A stretch of DNA of 63,243 bases, counting the filler, from Hausera hauseri (taxonomy: Eukaryota): the NCBI GenBank assembly GCA_046269625.1. It is 12 parts of 12 records of this genome, joined end to end, with 100 filler letters (N's around TTAATTAATTAA, not from the genome) between each part and the next. Parts side by side here need not be neighbours in the genome. Positions count along the whole stretch, not along the records: positions 10,395 to 14,462 come from JBJURY010782868.1; positions 14,563 to 18,703 come from JBJURY010738099.1; positions 18,804 to 23,933 come from JBJURY010325939.1; 9 more parts are not named here. One strand, written 5' to 3'. This document shows, in pieces, positions 13,922 to 24,033 of this stretch; within the stretch, counting starts at the first letter, position 1; the number at the start of each line of letters is the position of its first letter. The translations under genes and the position numbers were made by a program. Under the pieces are notes generated by a model. It was not told where the DNA came from. It did not search any database and was given only the letters and a program-made list of their open reading frames with translations.

Positions 13922-14462
13922 TCAGTTGGTATCGCTCTCAACTTTACATATCTTTTTTACTGACCAAACCGTCAGTTTTCCATCGATGTCAATTTCTACG
14001 ACTCTTATAATACCATCCTTTCCTGGGAATAATTGTCTGATGGTTCCGATTTGCCATTGGTTCCTTTTTGAGTCATTTTTTAATAACCAAACTTTGTCTC
14101 CAATATTGAATTCTATTGCTTTCATATTTTTTGTTTAGCCGATTCCGGTATATTATTATTATTTCTTCCCTCCATCTCGTCCAGTAATCGTTAGACAATT
14201 TCTGCATATATCTCCAACGTGCGACTGATGAACTTTGACTAGTACCATTAACTTCGGTATTAATCTTCCCATCATAACCGGGTATGATGAAATGATTTGA
14301 CGACAATATGATATCATCCTTGGTGTTCGTTACAGTTCTAGTAATGGGTCTGGAATTAACAATCCCTTCTACTATAATTACCACCGTCCACAATTCCTCT
14401 TCCGTTGTATTAGCATTTCCTAATATCTTATATATAGCTCTCTTAGTGGCTTTTACCATGAT
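13922..14462 (-). mobile_element. BEL/Pao LTR retrotransposon integrase C-terminus (DUF5641-type)
   Basis: EEELWTVVIIVEGIVNSRPIT, RWRYMQKLSNDYWTRWREE and LFPGKDGIIRVVEI. One frameshift. Confidence 0.9.
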
Positions 14463-14570
14463 NNNNNNNNNNNNNNNNNNNNNNNNNNNNNNNNNNNNNN
14501 NNNNNNTTAATTAATTAANNNNNNNNNNNNNNNNNNNNNNNNNNNNNNNNNNNNNNNNNNNNTGACATGT

Positions 14571-15808
14571 AATGACATGTAATCTACAGAAAGAAAGTTC
14601 TGTCTTTCTCCTGTCTTTTGTATGAAAAGAGTTTTTAAAACAAGTGGAATTACCTTTTTCTGATAGAATACATGTAAGGCACGAAAGATGATTTCATGGA
14701 AGGCTGCACATTTGCAGATACAAAGCTGCATCCGTATTCTAGGGGATACCATTGATATGTCTGAAATAATCAGTGATTCATTCATTTAATTGGGATACAC
14801 AACGCATGACTTTTTGCATTTTTTTCTCAGGAACCATGTTTTGTGGCCTCAAGCTGTTTTTGTATGTGCTTATTCAGTGTAAATGATTCGCTTCCATAAA
14901 ACAGGTCATGTGTTGTATAACTCTGTGGGGCCGTCCTCTTAGTGTCCAGTGTCAAAGGGTTCTTACAATGGATATCTTTAATTATTTTTTTGACACGTTG
15001 TCTTAGCTTGGGCTATCCTGCTTGTCTCCTCAGTAATGCCATCCGTCTGATTTATAATTGTTCAAAATAATTAAATTTATTTGCTTCCTTAAGTTTTGTT
15101 CCTTCTAGTTTTATTGTGGAGTTTATCTGGCTGCCGTGCACTGCAATCAAAAGGACATATATTGGAAAACTGTACCAACTACAGACGAACGCACTGACCA
15201 TATGAATTAATGCGACAAAATTACTCGTTAGATTATATGAACAGCAACTAGCAGCAAAGTTTATACAAGAGACAGTTTTACTGACATAAGGTGTATCAAG
15301 CGAACGAAGTAAACAAGGCAACAAATAGAATAAGAAAAAATAGGAAGCGAAAGAAATTAAAGTATCTATGACTGTCATACAATTTGAAGTGATGGTGGTT
15401 CGTCGTCAACTTATCCCAGTGACTTTGTGCCTGCAGTCATAACAACCACCTGAGTAGACACCCCTAGCATCTTTCTCGAACTTGGCCACACAGTTAAGGT
15501 CACCAGTAAGATTTTCACGTTTCAAAATGGTCCCTAGAATACGGATGCAACTTTGTATCTGCAAATGTGCAGGCTTTCATGAAATGCTTTCGTGCTTTAC
15601 ATGTATTCTATCAGAAAAAGGTAATTCCACTTGTTTTAAAAACTCTTTTCATACAAAAGACCGGATAAAGAAAGAACTTCCCTTTTGTAGATTATATGTC
15701 ATTGGCCATTTCATGTTCTCAGACAGTATCAAAAACAAAGAAGGAGTGATGACCAACGTTGGATGTTTGAGTTTCTGTCATTACCGAGACTTTCAATCCG
15801 TTCTTTAA
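14571..15808. mobile_element. Non-autonomous DNA transposon with long inverted repeats, possibly Kolobok-like
   Basis: ~180-bp inverted arms at 14571-14753 and 15526-15703. The right side runs on to ...CT|TTAA at 15805-15808. The left end is cut by the contig edge. Confidence 0.55.
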
Positions 15809-15852
15809 GGGTTTTCACGTTCGACTGACTTGGCATTGTCAGGGTTGAACTC

Positions 15853-16036
15853 TCCTGATCTGCTGCGCGACCCACGCAGACGCCCAAGAGAAAATGAACA
15901 GACTCCAAACTTATTCTAGTCAACTAGGCCTACAGGTCAACGCAGAGAAGACGAAAATTATCAATCTAACGGATATGCCTAACGACATCTTACTACACAA
16001 CACTGCCCTTGAAAAAGTAAACACTTTTACTTATTT
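15853..16036 (+). mobile_element. Non-LTR retrotransposon (RTE/L2-like) reverse transcriptase fragment
   Basis: HADAQEKMNRLQTYSSQLGLQVNAEKTKII...LEKVNTFTY matches the GLxxNxxKTK...LExVxxFxY motifs. Confidence 0.75.
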
Positions 16037-16506
16037 TTAATGATCATAGAAACTATGTTGCATCATTATTCCACTCCATTTGATGACTCAAGTTTAATGT
16101 TATGACAGTGATAAGTGTATGTATACTTCTGACCAGCACTGTGTTTCAAACCTTTAAGCTTTAAATAAAGGCGAAACCAACACAAGAAATTGGAAAATGT
16201 CTTACCTAACAACCATAACATGTTGGCAGAAAAAGTACATAAAAAACTTTTCTGTATGTGATTAAAGTCAAAAAACACAGCTATGTTTTGTGTAATTACT
16301 AAGTATATTTAGATTTTCTTTTTATCAGAGATAAATATGCCAGCAGGATTGTTAGAGTCTGTTGCTAAGAGTGAAAAACAATCTTCTGCCCTTTGTCAAC
16401 AAGAGTGGGTCTGTGCCTGTTAATTAAACAAATCCCAGAGTTATTCCCTGCATTCTCACTGCAGCTGTTTAACACAAACGCCATCTAATCATTTCTGTCT
16501 CTTCAG

Positions 16507-16966
16507 GCACAACTCGTTCAAAAGACACCTCCCCAGGCAGATGCAGGTGGGCAGCTTAGATCTGGGAAACGACTATGTGGTGGACAGGGAAGAAAAGCCA
16601 ACCAGCCTGGGTCGCATCCAGCCAGAGCTCTACCAGCAGAAGACCTCGGAGTCAGAGGAATCGTCCAAGAATGGCGGCGAAAAAAACTGCGGCAGGATTA
16701 ACTTCTCGCTCAAATACGACTACGAAAATGAGGCGTTGCTTGTCAATATTCTCAGGGCCATTGACCTACCTGCCAAGGACTTGTGTGGCACCTCTGACCC
16801 TTATGTGAAGGTCTACCTGCTGCCTGACCGCAAGAAGTTCCAGACGCGCGTCCACCGGAAGACGCTCAATCCCACGTTCAGCGAAAGCTTCCAGTTTCCT
16901 GTGCCTTACGACGAGCTGCCCGTCAGGAAGCTACACATGAGCGTCTTTGACTTTGACAGATTTTCC
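16507..16966 (+). CDS. SYT6: Vertebrate (teleost-like) synaptotagmin-6 exon (linker + C2A), truncated at the 3' end
   Basis: Acceptor ttctgtctcttcag, then [12 protein letters not shown]...[12 protein letters not shown]...[12 protein letters not shown]...[24 protein letters not shown]...VFDFDRFS. This closely matches vertebrate SYT6. Codons are GC3-rich and there are no stops. Confidence 0.85.
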
Positions 16967-18703
16967 AATTCATTGATCACTATGTCTTATTAAATCAAAT
17001 ATTCAGTACTAATCAATCACCCATAAGGGGAACTACAACAATGAACCGTTTGTGATTTATGAGCATGTCAATGTCGTTCAAGTAATCGATATAACAATTC
17101 ATATCCAGAACAAGAAATAAGGGTCTGGTTTCTAATGCAACAAATCTTTGAGCTATCTCATGATCAAGTAACGATTGGCGACACATTTCGTACCGCCTAT
17201 TTTTCTCTTCTTTAATTTTTATGTTTGCTCGCTGTATCTTCACTTGAGCAATACTTTTCTTGTGGTCTCTTTCTTCGTCTTTAGCTTGCTCCGTGATGTC
17301 GGCCCAAGATGCTTGTTCATTTAGTGAATCACCAATACCACAATGAGTTGTATTTGTCTCCAGAATATGCATCTTCAATTGTAAAGCGAGATCTTCGAAA
17401 TTTCGAACATCATCCAAATCCCCTTCATCGTTACCCTTTGTGAAATCATCTTGTAGTCTTTCAGATCCCTCTTTAACAACAGTTGAAATATGAGTTCATG
17501 TTTTAATATCGTAATCCAGAAGAGATGGAGTAATTCCACAGAGAAAATCCCCGAGAAGCGAAATTTTCTCCAAATGTATCCTGATAACAATTCCCTCTTC
17601 TGACCATTAGTTAAATAACTCTATAGCCCATTGACACGATAAAGCAAAGAAATCAAGAGTCATACGCGAGGCATTGTCCTAATGAAATGATCTGAGAGCA
17701 TAATTGTTGATAGAAGACAATTGTTGGCTGACACGGTCCATAATGTACATATTTATAATAAGCATGTGACAAAGTCGGTAGGAATTCAAAAGATAAGGTT
17801 GATGGCAAAGCAATGCCCAAAATTCTTGAGGCATTGTTGAGCATGTTTCTGGGAAATTTTCCATATCTATATTCCTAAACAATTTGTCCTGGCTATGGAG
17901 AAAAGATTTGTTCAGTTCTATTAATGGCATACCAAAATGGTCTTCCGTAATCTGTTTTTCACACCTTAATCTTCCATCTTCCGTACCATCAAATGTTGCC
18001 AATATATCAGTATCATCATCGTCCGTAACTTTCTTCTCTTTGGATTCATCATCTGGATGGATCCACGTTTCAACGCAACCCTTTTTTCAATTTTCATTGG
18101 CAATATTTTGTTTCTTTTTCTTTCTCTTCAGGAATTCCTTGTTTCTTTAAAATTTCGTCTACTTTCCGACGAGCTTCCTCAAAAGGAAAGGAAAAACTTT
18201 GAGATGCTGTAGGAAATGGGTTACTGGCATCTAGTGTTCTCGTATAGTAGTATAAGGCATCTAAATGCCGATTAGAGTAAACAGAAATCACAGCAAGTTG
18301 GTTATAAGGACGTCCGTCTTTTGGAACAAATAATTAAGCTTTCAAATACCATATTCGAGCTTTAGAATGATCATTTGTGTTGTTAATAATCTCAGAATAC
18401 CGAGCAAGATCTCCGAGAAATAAAAGCAATTTTTGAGCACTCAAATAAACTAGTTTTCGCGTCCGAGAAAGTGTTTCAGGGGGTGCACGACGACTATCGA
18501 AAATAGCCTGCAAATCAACGTTGAAAATCTTTGACATTTCTTTGTACAAATGGATAAAATATTCTTCACCATTTCGAATGATACTCTGACCGTGACTGAC
18601 AATGTCCTGTTTAATTTTCACCAAATCATCTTTTTTATTTTGTGCCAGACTAGAACAACAGAAAAAACGGGAAACGTCAATAACATAGCAAGTGTAATTA
18701 CGC
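16951..18703 (-). pseudogene. SMG6: SMG6/EST1A fragment (EST1 domain to PIN-domain start) with stops, frameshifts and a 41-nt intron
   Basis: LFLGDLARYSE, WYLKA*LFVPKDGRPYNQLAV and ALYYYTRTL...NPFPTA. PIN start RPLFLVLDMNCYIDYL...VVPLM^[10 protein letters not shown], with a GT-AG intron at 17020-16980. Confidence 0.88.
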
Positions 18704-18849
18704 NNNNNNNNNNNNNNNNNNNNNNNNNNNNNNNNNNNNNNNNNNNNTTAATTAATTAANNNNNNNNNNNNNNNNNNNNNNNNNNNNNNNNNNNNNNNNN
18801 NNNTGCGCCTTGATGTGCTCTATCGATTAGCACTTTGTCCCGATCGATT

Positions 18850-18974
18850 CGATCAATAGTGCACTGTGCAGCGATCGATATGTGAAAAGTGCGAAAGTGC
18901 CCCTAGAAACGGTGCCTAGCGACACCGTTTCTAGGCACTTTTTGGATCGATTGTACAGTGCGCACTATCGATCG
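18850..18974. repeat. Long imperfect palindrome with a perfect 13-bp inner stem
   Basis: cctagaaacggtg (18902-18914) pairs with caccgtttctagg (18923-18935). Outer arms lie at 18850-18870 and 18952-18974. Confidence 0.8.
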
Positions 18975-21030
18975 GCACATGTGCAAAATCGATTTATTGA
19001 TTACCCTGGGGGGGGTTAAGGCAAAACCTCCATTTTCACACTACTACGATTTCCTGCAGCAGCATGTGACAGTTCTAAAACCCCCGTTTAAAAGCTTATA
19101 TCGCCAAATCCGAGAAAGCCTAAAAAACAAAACTTATGTAGAAAACGATAAAAAATGCAAAATACAAAATGGATTGAAATGGGGCTTAGAGAAAAATCGA
19201 CTAGTCCGATTATACGCAGTGCGAAGCTCAAAGGATGCACGAGCATACGTGTTGAGAGATATGATCCCATAGGAACCGACACATCAGCAAATGTACATAC
19301 ATGTCGCTGGTGAAGAAATACAATACAGGATCGTAGGACAATCCTAGAGTACTCAAAGGGGTCAACAATGGAAATTTAGTACAAATGAGCTATGTTGCTC
19401 TAGCCTCATGGATTACGCTTTTGAGTTTAGGATCGCAGAACTCGCGACTAAGCTTATATTTAAACTAACCTTACGAACAGAAGCGATGAGACCACTACCA
19501 TCTATACTATGTATACAGAAGCCCTGGAAAGACGAGATAGTACAGAATGGAGAATCATTCAGGCTAGTCCCAGATGGCAGGAATATTCGAATTTTAGCCG
19601 TAAACTATGGAGAAAAGGATGAAGGATGGTACACCCCGATCGAAGTCTCTATCCGAATTATAAATGGAGAAGAAATTAAATAAAATAATTGTATTTAGAA
19701 CTAAGATGAAATATACATTCCTTGACTTTACCGAAATCACAAAACTACAAAATTCAAAAAGACATAAGCCATTGCTTGTACGGATTTGTTATAGCCGGAT
19801 TTAGAGTACACGAAATGCCAGAAAGACTAGGAATTCGATAGGAATATATAGTCGGAATTCGTGAATTGAGACGCAATCCGACAGATATAAGCCGAATGGA
19901 AAGCACTCTAATGAGAAAAAGAGGATGACTACTTTCTTCAGCGTCACGATAATCGCAACTTAAGATGATGTTAGAAGCTATGAATGGCAAATAATTCAGA
20001 TTTCCCAAGTTGATGTTAGCGAGTCAGAAAACGAGACTTATAAGAGATATTTACATCTGGCTACGATGGGAACACGAGTGGAAACCCAGAAACCCTACAC
20101 AGAATGTCATGTCCGATAGCAACCCAAAAATTTTGATACAGAAATTCCGAAAAGGATTTAGTGAATACCCCACATGTAGACAAATTGAACCCCAAGGACA
20201 TAATAGTTTCCAAATAACCGTTCAAAACAGCCCGATCAAATTGTTCAAACAGAAAGGATTGAATAAAAATAATCAACAAACCTCATCGACCAGCCAGAAT
20301 CCAACTGAATGCGAGCCAATCTCCTAAAAAGCAACGGAAAGAATGAAATTGAACACCGGAGAACCTCAAAAAGGATAAAAAACAAAACTCTCCCTCCTCG
20401 AATATATCAGTAAAAAAAGTAAGACCAGTAATAACCATGCCGAAGAAATGAAATCGTCTACTAATAGCCTCACACCAATTAGTAAAGGAGAAATGACAAA
20501 CCCCAAGGATAAACCGAAAAGGCAGGAAGCCGAAAAATCCAATGAACAAAGAACGAAAACCTTCAGTTATGGACCACCCAGGACAGAAAAAAATGTTATT
20601 CGAAGAAACTGGGAAGAACCAGCCCCTATCATAGCAACAGAATTCGGTCAGGTTAAAGAATACACCATAATGCTTGTCATGGCCGAATATTATAGTAAAG
20701 GTAAAATTAAGGAAGCCATATTTTGTCTGCACTGTCCCCAGGAGAATTGTAAGTGGGAATGGATATGCCCGAGAAGACACAACAATTGGCAAATATTTAG
20801 CCTCGATATTTCAATCAAGAAAGGGAACCAAACGACCAAATACTCCAGTCGACACCCAAGTCAGAGTGCAGTTAAAGACACAATACAAGAAGACAGGGAT
20901 ACCCGATTTATACAAACAAAAAATCGTTGAAAGGACATTGGTAACCGTATCGGACGACCTCAAGAAAAGCTCCATAGACCCTAAACAAAAACGGTTATAC
21001 GGTTATTTATATTAAGACAGAAAGGGACTC

Positions 21031-21295
21031 GTGTTCGAACGAATTGAAGTAGACGAAAATCTTGTAGATATAGATGGAGGTGAAAAGGAAAAAAGCCCGG
21101 TTTGTGACGAAGACCTATACCAAGGAGTTGTAATGTTAGATAATAAGGATTTCACCCATAAATACTGTCGGTATTGCTTAGGAACGTGGACTATGAAAAT
21201 GGGAAGACGACTTGTCCAGTATGTAGGGCTGAAGCTACAAGACTAAGATACTTCTCTAATGGAGAAAGTAAGAAAATAGTGGAGATATTTCCTCC
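21031..21295 (+). pseudogene. RING finger protein, frameshifted
   Basis: SPVCDEDL...HKYCRYCLGTW, then after a frameshift TCPVCRAE. Confidence 0.7.
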
Positions 21296-21312
21296 AAAAC
21301 CTAATCTGGCAT

Positions 21313-21430
21313 TGTGGTGCCCACAACGGCTGGCGTTCTATGGCCCATTCGGTTGGGTATAGCCGGGCTTCCGCTGCCGGCACGTCGGGCACATAGACAG
21401 GCCCCGATTTTCTGCCTCGAAAACGGCACA
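21313..21430 (+). repeat. 118-bp GC-rich structured module, copy 1 (TGT...ACA)
   Basis: Ungapped alignment to 36800-36917 (94/118 identical by hand count), and alignment to 52759-52868. Confidence 0.85.
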
Positions 21431-21487
21431 ATACGATCGCACCAAGTTCAAAGCAAAAACTTACATATTATTTAAATATTCTTTGAA

Positions 21488-22015
21488 TTTCATGTTGCCA
21501 AAAATTTAGATGAAAGAAATGTTGTCGAATACCAGGTTCTAGCTGGTGGTCATTATGATGTCGATATTGTTATTAAAGATCCGGAAAACAATATTTTATA
21601 CAATCGAGAACGTAAACAGTACGAATCACATTCGTTTGTTCCATTGATAAATGGCATTCACCAAATCTGCTTCAGCAATGAATTTTCATCATTAACTCAC
21701 AAAACGGTTTATCTTGAATGGCAAACAGGTGACAGACAGAATTTGGGACTTGAGAAATCAAAATCTACAGCATTGACTTTCATGGAAACTAGTGCCATCA
21801 ATCTCCATGAAGCTCTAAATAGCGTCGAAGAAGAACAGACTCATATCCGCTTAAGGGAATCTTTCGGACGTTATTATGCCAAAGAATTAAATTCTCTAGT
21901 GACATACTGGTCTGTGGGACAGGCAATATTGACATTAGCTGTGGGTATTGGACAAGTGTTCATCTTGAAAAGCCTTTTCCATGACAAAAGACCAATTGCT
22001 TCTAGTTTTAAATGA
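21488..22015 (+). CDS. TMED7: 5'-truncated p24-gamma family protein (TMED7/TMED3-like), followed by a 3'UTR-like region
   Basis: EYQVLAGGHYDVDIVIKDP, CFSNEFSSLTHKTVY, ALTFMETSAINLHEAL, RLRESFGR and VTYWSVGQ...GQVFILKSLF. ATTAAA near 22312. Confidence 0.75.
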   Translation, partial: FHVAKNLDERNVVEYQVLAGGHYDVDIVIKDPENNILYNRERKQYESHSFVPLINGIHQICFSNEFSSLTHKTVYLEWQTGDRQNLGLEKSKSTALTFMETSAINLHEALNSVEEEQTHIRLRESFGRYYAKELNSLVTYWSVGQAILTLAVGIGQVFILKSLFHDKRPIASSFK

Positions 22016-22499
22016 CAGTCTATTCAAATGTCTATTAATCCAATATGTTACATCAGCAGTCCATATATATTTCCATTGTTTCGTGTTGAGCTGATTGATG
22101 GTTCTTCTTTTATTCTGTAAAATTTGCTGATTTCTCAAATTTATTTTTAATAATTTTGACACCGTCTATAGACTGTAAATTTCCACTCGTTGCATATGTG
22201 ATGTTTCGGTAAACGATGTAATAGTCATGGATTTTTTGAAATGGTCTTTGTTAATTTTTTATATAATGTATTGTTTTTGGCGACTCACGCAATATTTTAT
22301 GTGAAAATTTGATTAAATAATGTAAAGATAGTAGTTTAAAGTTGAAATTTTTTTATTTAAAAAATATAATTGATTTTGTCAACCATTTTATTTTTCAGAT
22401 TTCGAGTCTAATCTTTTAGAATTATGTTATATATATATATATATTCGGATATTTTTCGGCCAGATTAATAATAAAGATAACAGTACTTATGCAGTTTTT

Positions 22500-23933
22500 A
22501 CACTAAAGGCTTCTTTAACTTCCGAATCCAATCAATCAATCAATTTCCTCATTGACTCTGGAGCAGCAGTTTCTTTATTATCACCACTCATCAAAACACT
22601 ATCCACCTCTACATCTAACGCCAAATTGTGCACAGTTAATGGCCAAGTTTTACACATTTTCGACACGTCCAATGTTTCATTTACTTTATCACCATTCTCC
22701 GACATTTTCAATTGGACATTCATCGTTGCCGACACACAATCTCCAATACTTGGATCTAATTTCTTATCTTTCTACAACCTCTTTGTAGATTGTAGACAAC
22801 GTCGGATCATTAAAAGCTGTTCATCGAAGCCGACCCCTAAAATTAACCAACCAATGATGCAATCTATCTTGCCTAGAAAATCGATATTAAAAGAACCATC
22901 TGCAGACGCAAATAAGAAGATCATTAATACCAATATAAATAATCCAACGTTCTTGTTGCAGTCCGGTAATAGAGGAACAAAAAGCGTTGACAAGGACGAT
23001 TTAGGCGACTCGATTTCTACCGTTTCTCGCACTAAGTCAAATCAAATTACTGTCGTGACAACAACAACCTTTACTATGCTTAGCCAAGAAATGAGACAAT
23101 ATTTAGTCAAGTCTTTTTTCCATACAATTAAAAAACAGCCAGCATTTTGATCAACTAACACGATGTTTCATTATATCATCACAGAAAGCCTTAGGCCGTT
23201 AGGCAAAAACTCCGCCCACTTTCACCACGCCGTCGACAGGCAGTTTAAGCGGAATTCTCTGCACTCGAACAGGCTGGCATAATAAAACGTTCCAAAGTGC
23301 TTTTGGCATCACCACTTTACGTCGTCCTAAAAAATGGCACATTTTGTCCATGATGCGATTATCGCCAACTTAATAATGTCACTACCATGAACACTTATCC
23401 TCTACCTTTGATTAAGAACATATTATATTTCTTACACAAGTCTACGATTTATTCAACCACAGTTCTCGAAAAAGCCTATTACCAAATACCGGTAGCACCA
23501 GAAGACATCCCAAAAACAGCTATTATAACACCTTTAGGTCTTTTTGAATACGCATTCATGCCGTCCTGTTTAACGAACGCAGCACAAACTTTTCAACTGC
23601 ACATCGATTTAGTTCTTTCAGGCTTGCCATTTGTATATCCATACATTGATCACATACTAGTCGCATCGGCATCGCCCAAACAACACTAGGAAGATCGCAG
23701 ACTAGTTTTCCAACGCTTGCACAACTGCAATTTGCAAGTGAAGTTTTCTAAATGTCCCTTCGTTCAGAAAAAGGTAAATTTCCTTGGTTACGTCATCACA
23801 CCTGACGGTCACATTGCACAACCTGATAGAATTCATCAATTACAAAACATTGAGCTACCAAAAACTACTACTGATATGCGCAGGTTCCTTGGGACTTTAT
23901 ATTTTGTGCATAAATACGTCTCACACTGTAGCC
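22500..23933 (+). mobile_element. Decayed Ty3/Gypsy pol (protease + reverse transcriptase)
   Basis: FLIDSGAAVSLL, CDYRQLN, KAYYQIPVAPEDIPKTAIITPLGLFEY and YIDHILVAS (degenerate YxDD). Stops and frameshifts. Confidence 0.92.
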
Positions 23934-24033
23934 NNNNNNNNNNNNNNNNNNNNNNNNNNNNNNNNNNNNNNNNNNNNTTAATTAATTAANNNNNNNNNNN
24001 NNNNNNNNNNNNNNNNNNNNNNNNNNNNNNNNN

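Noticed and set aside
21313-21430. 118-bp module as a protein motif (LWCP...GPFGW) or as an HDV/hammerhead ribozyme
   Set aside because: Copy 1 has an in-frame stop and copy 3 an 8-nt deletion. The minus-strand CGAATGGG resembles HDV J4/2, but P1/P3/L3 could not be built. No CUGANGA/GAAA hammerhead core.
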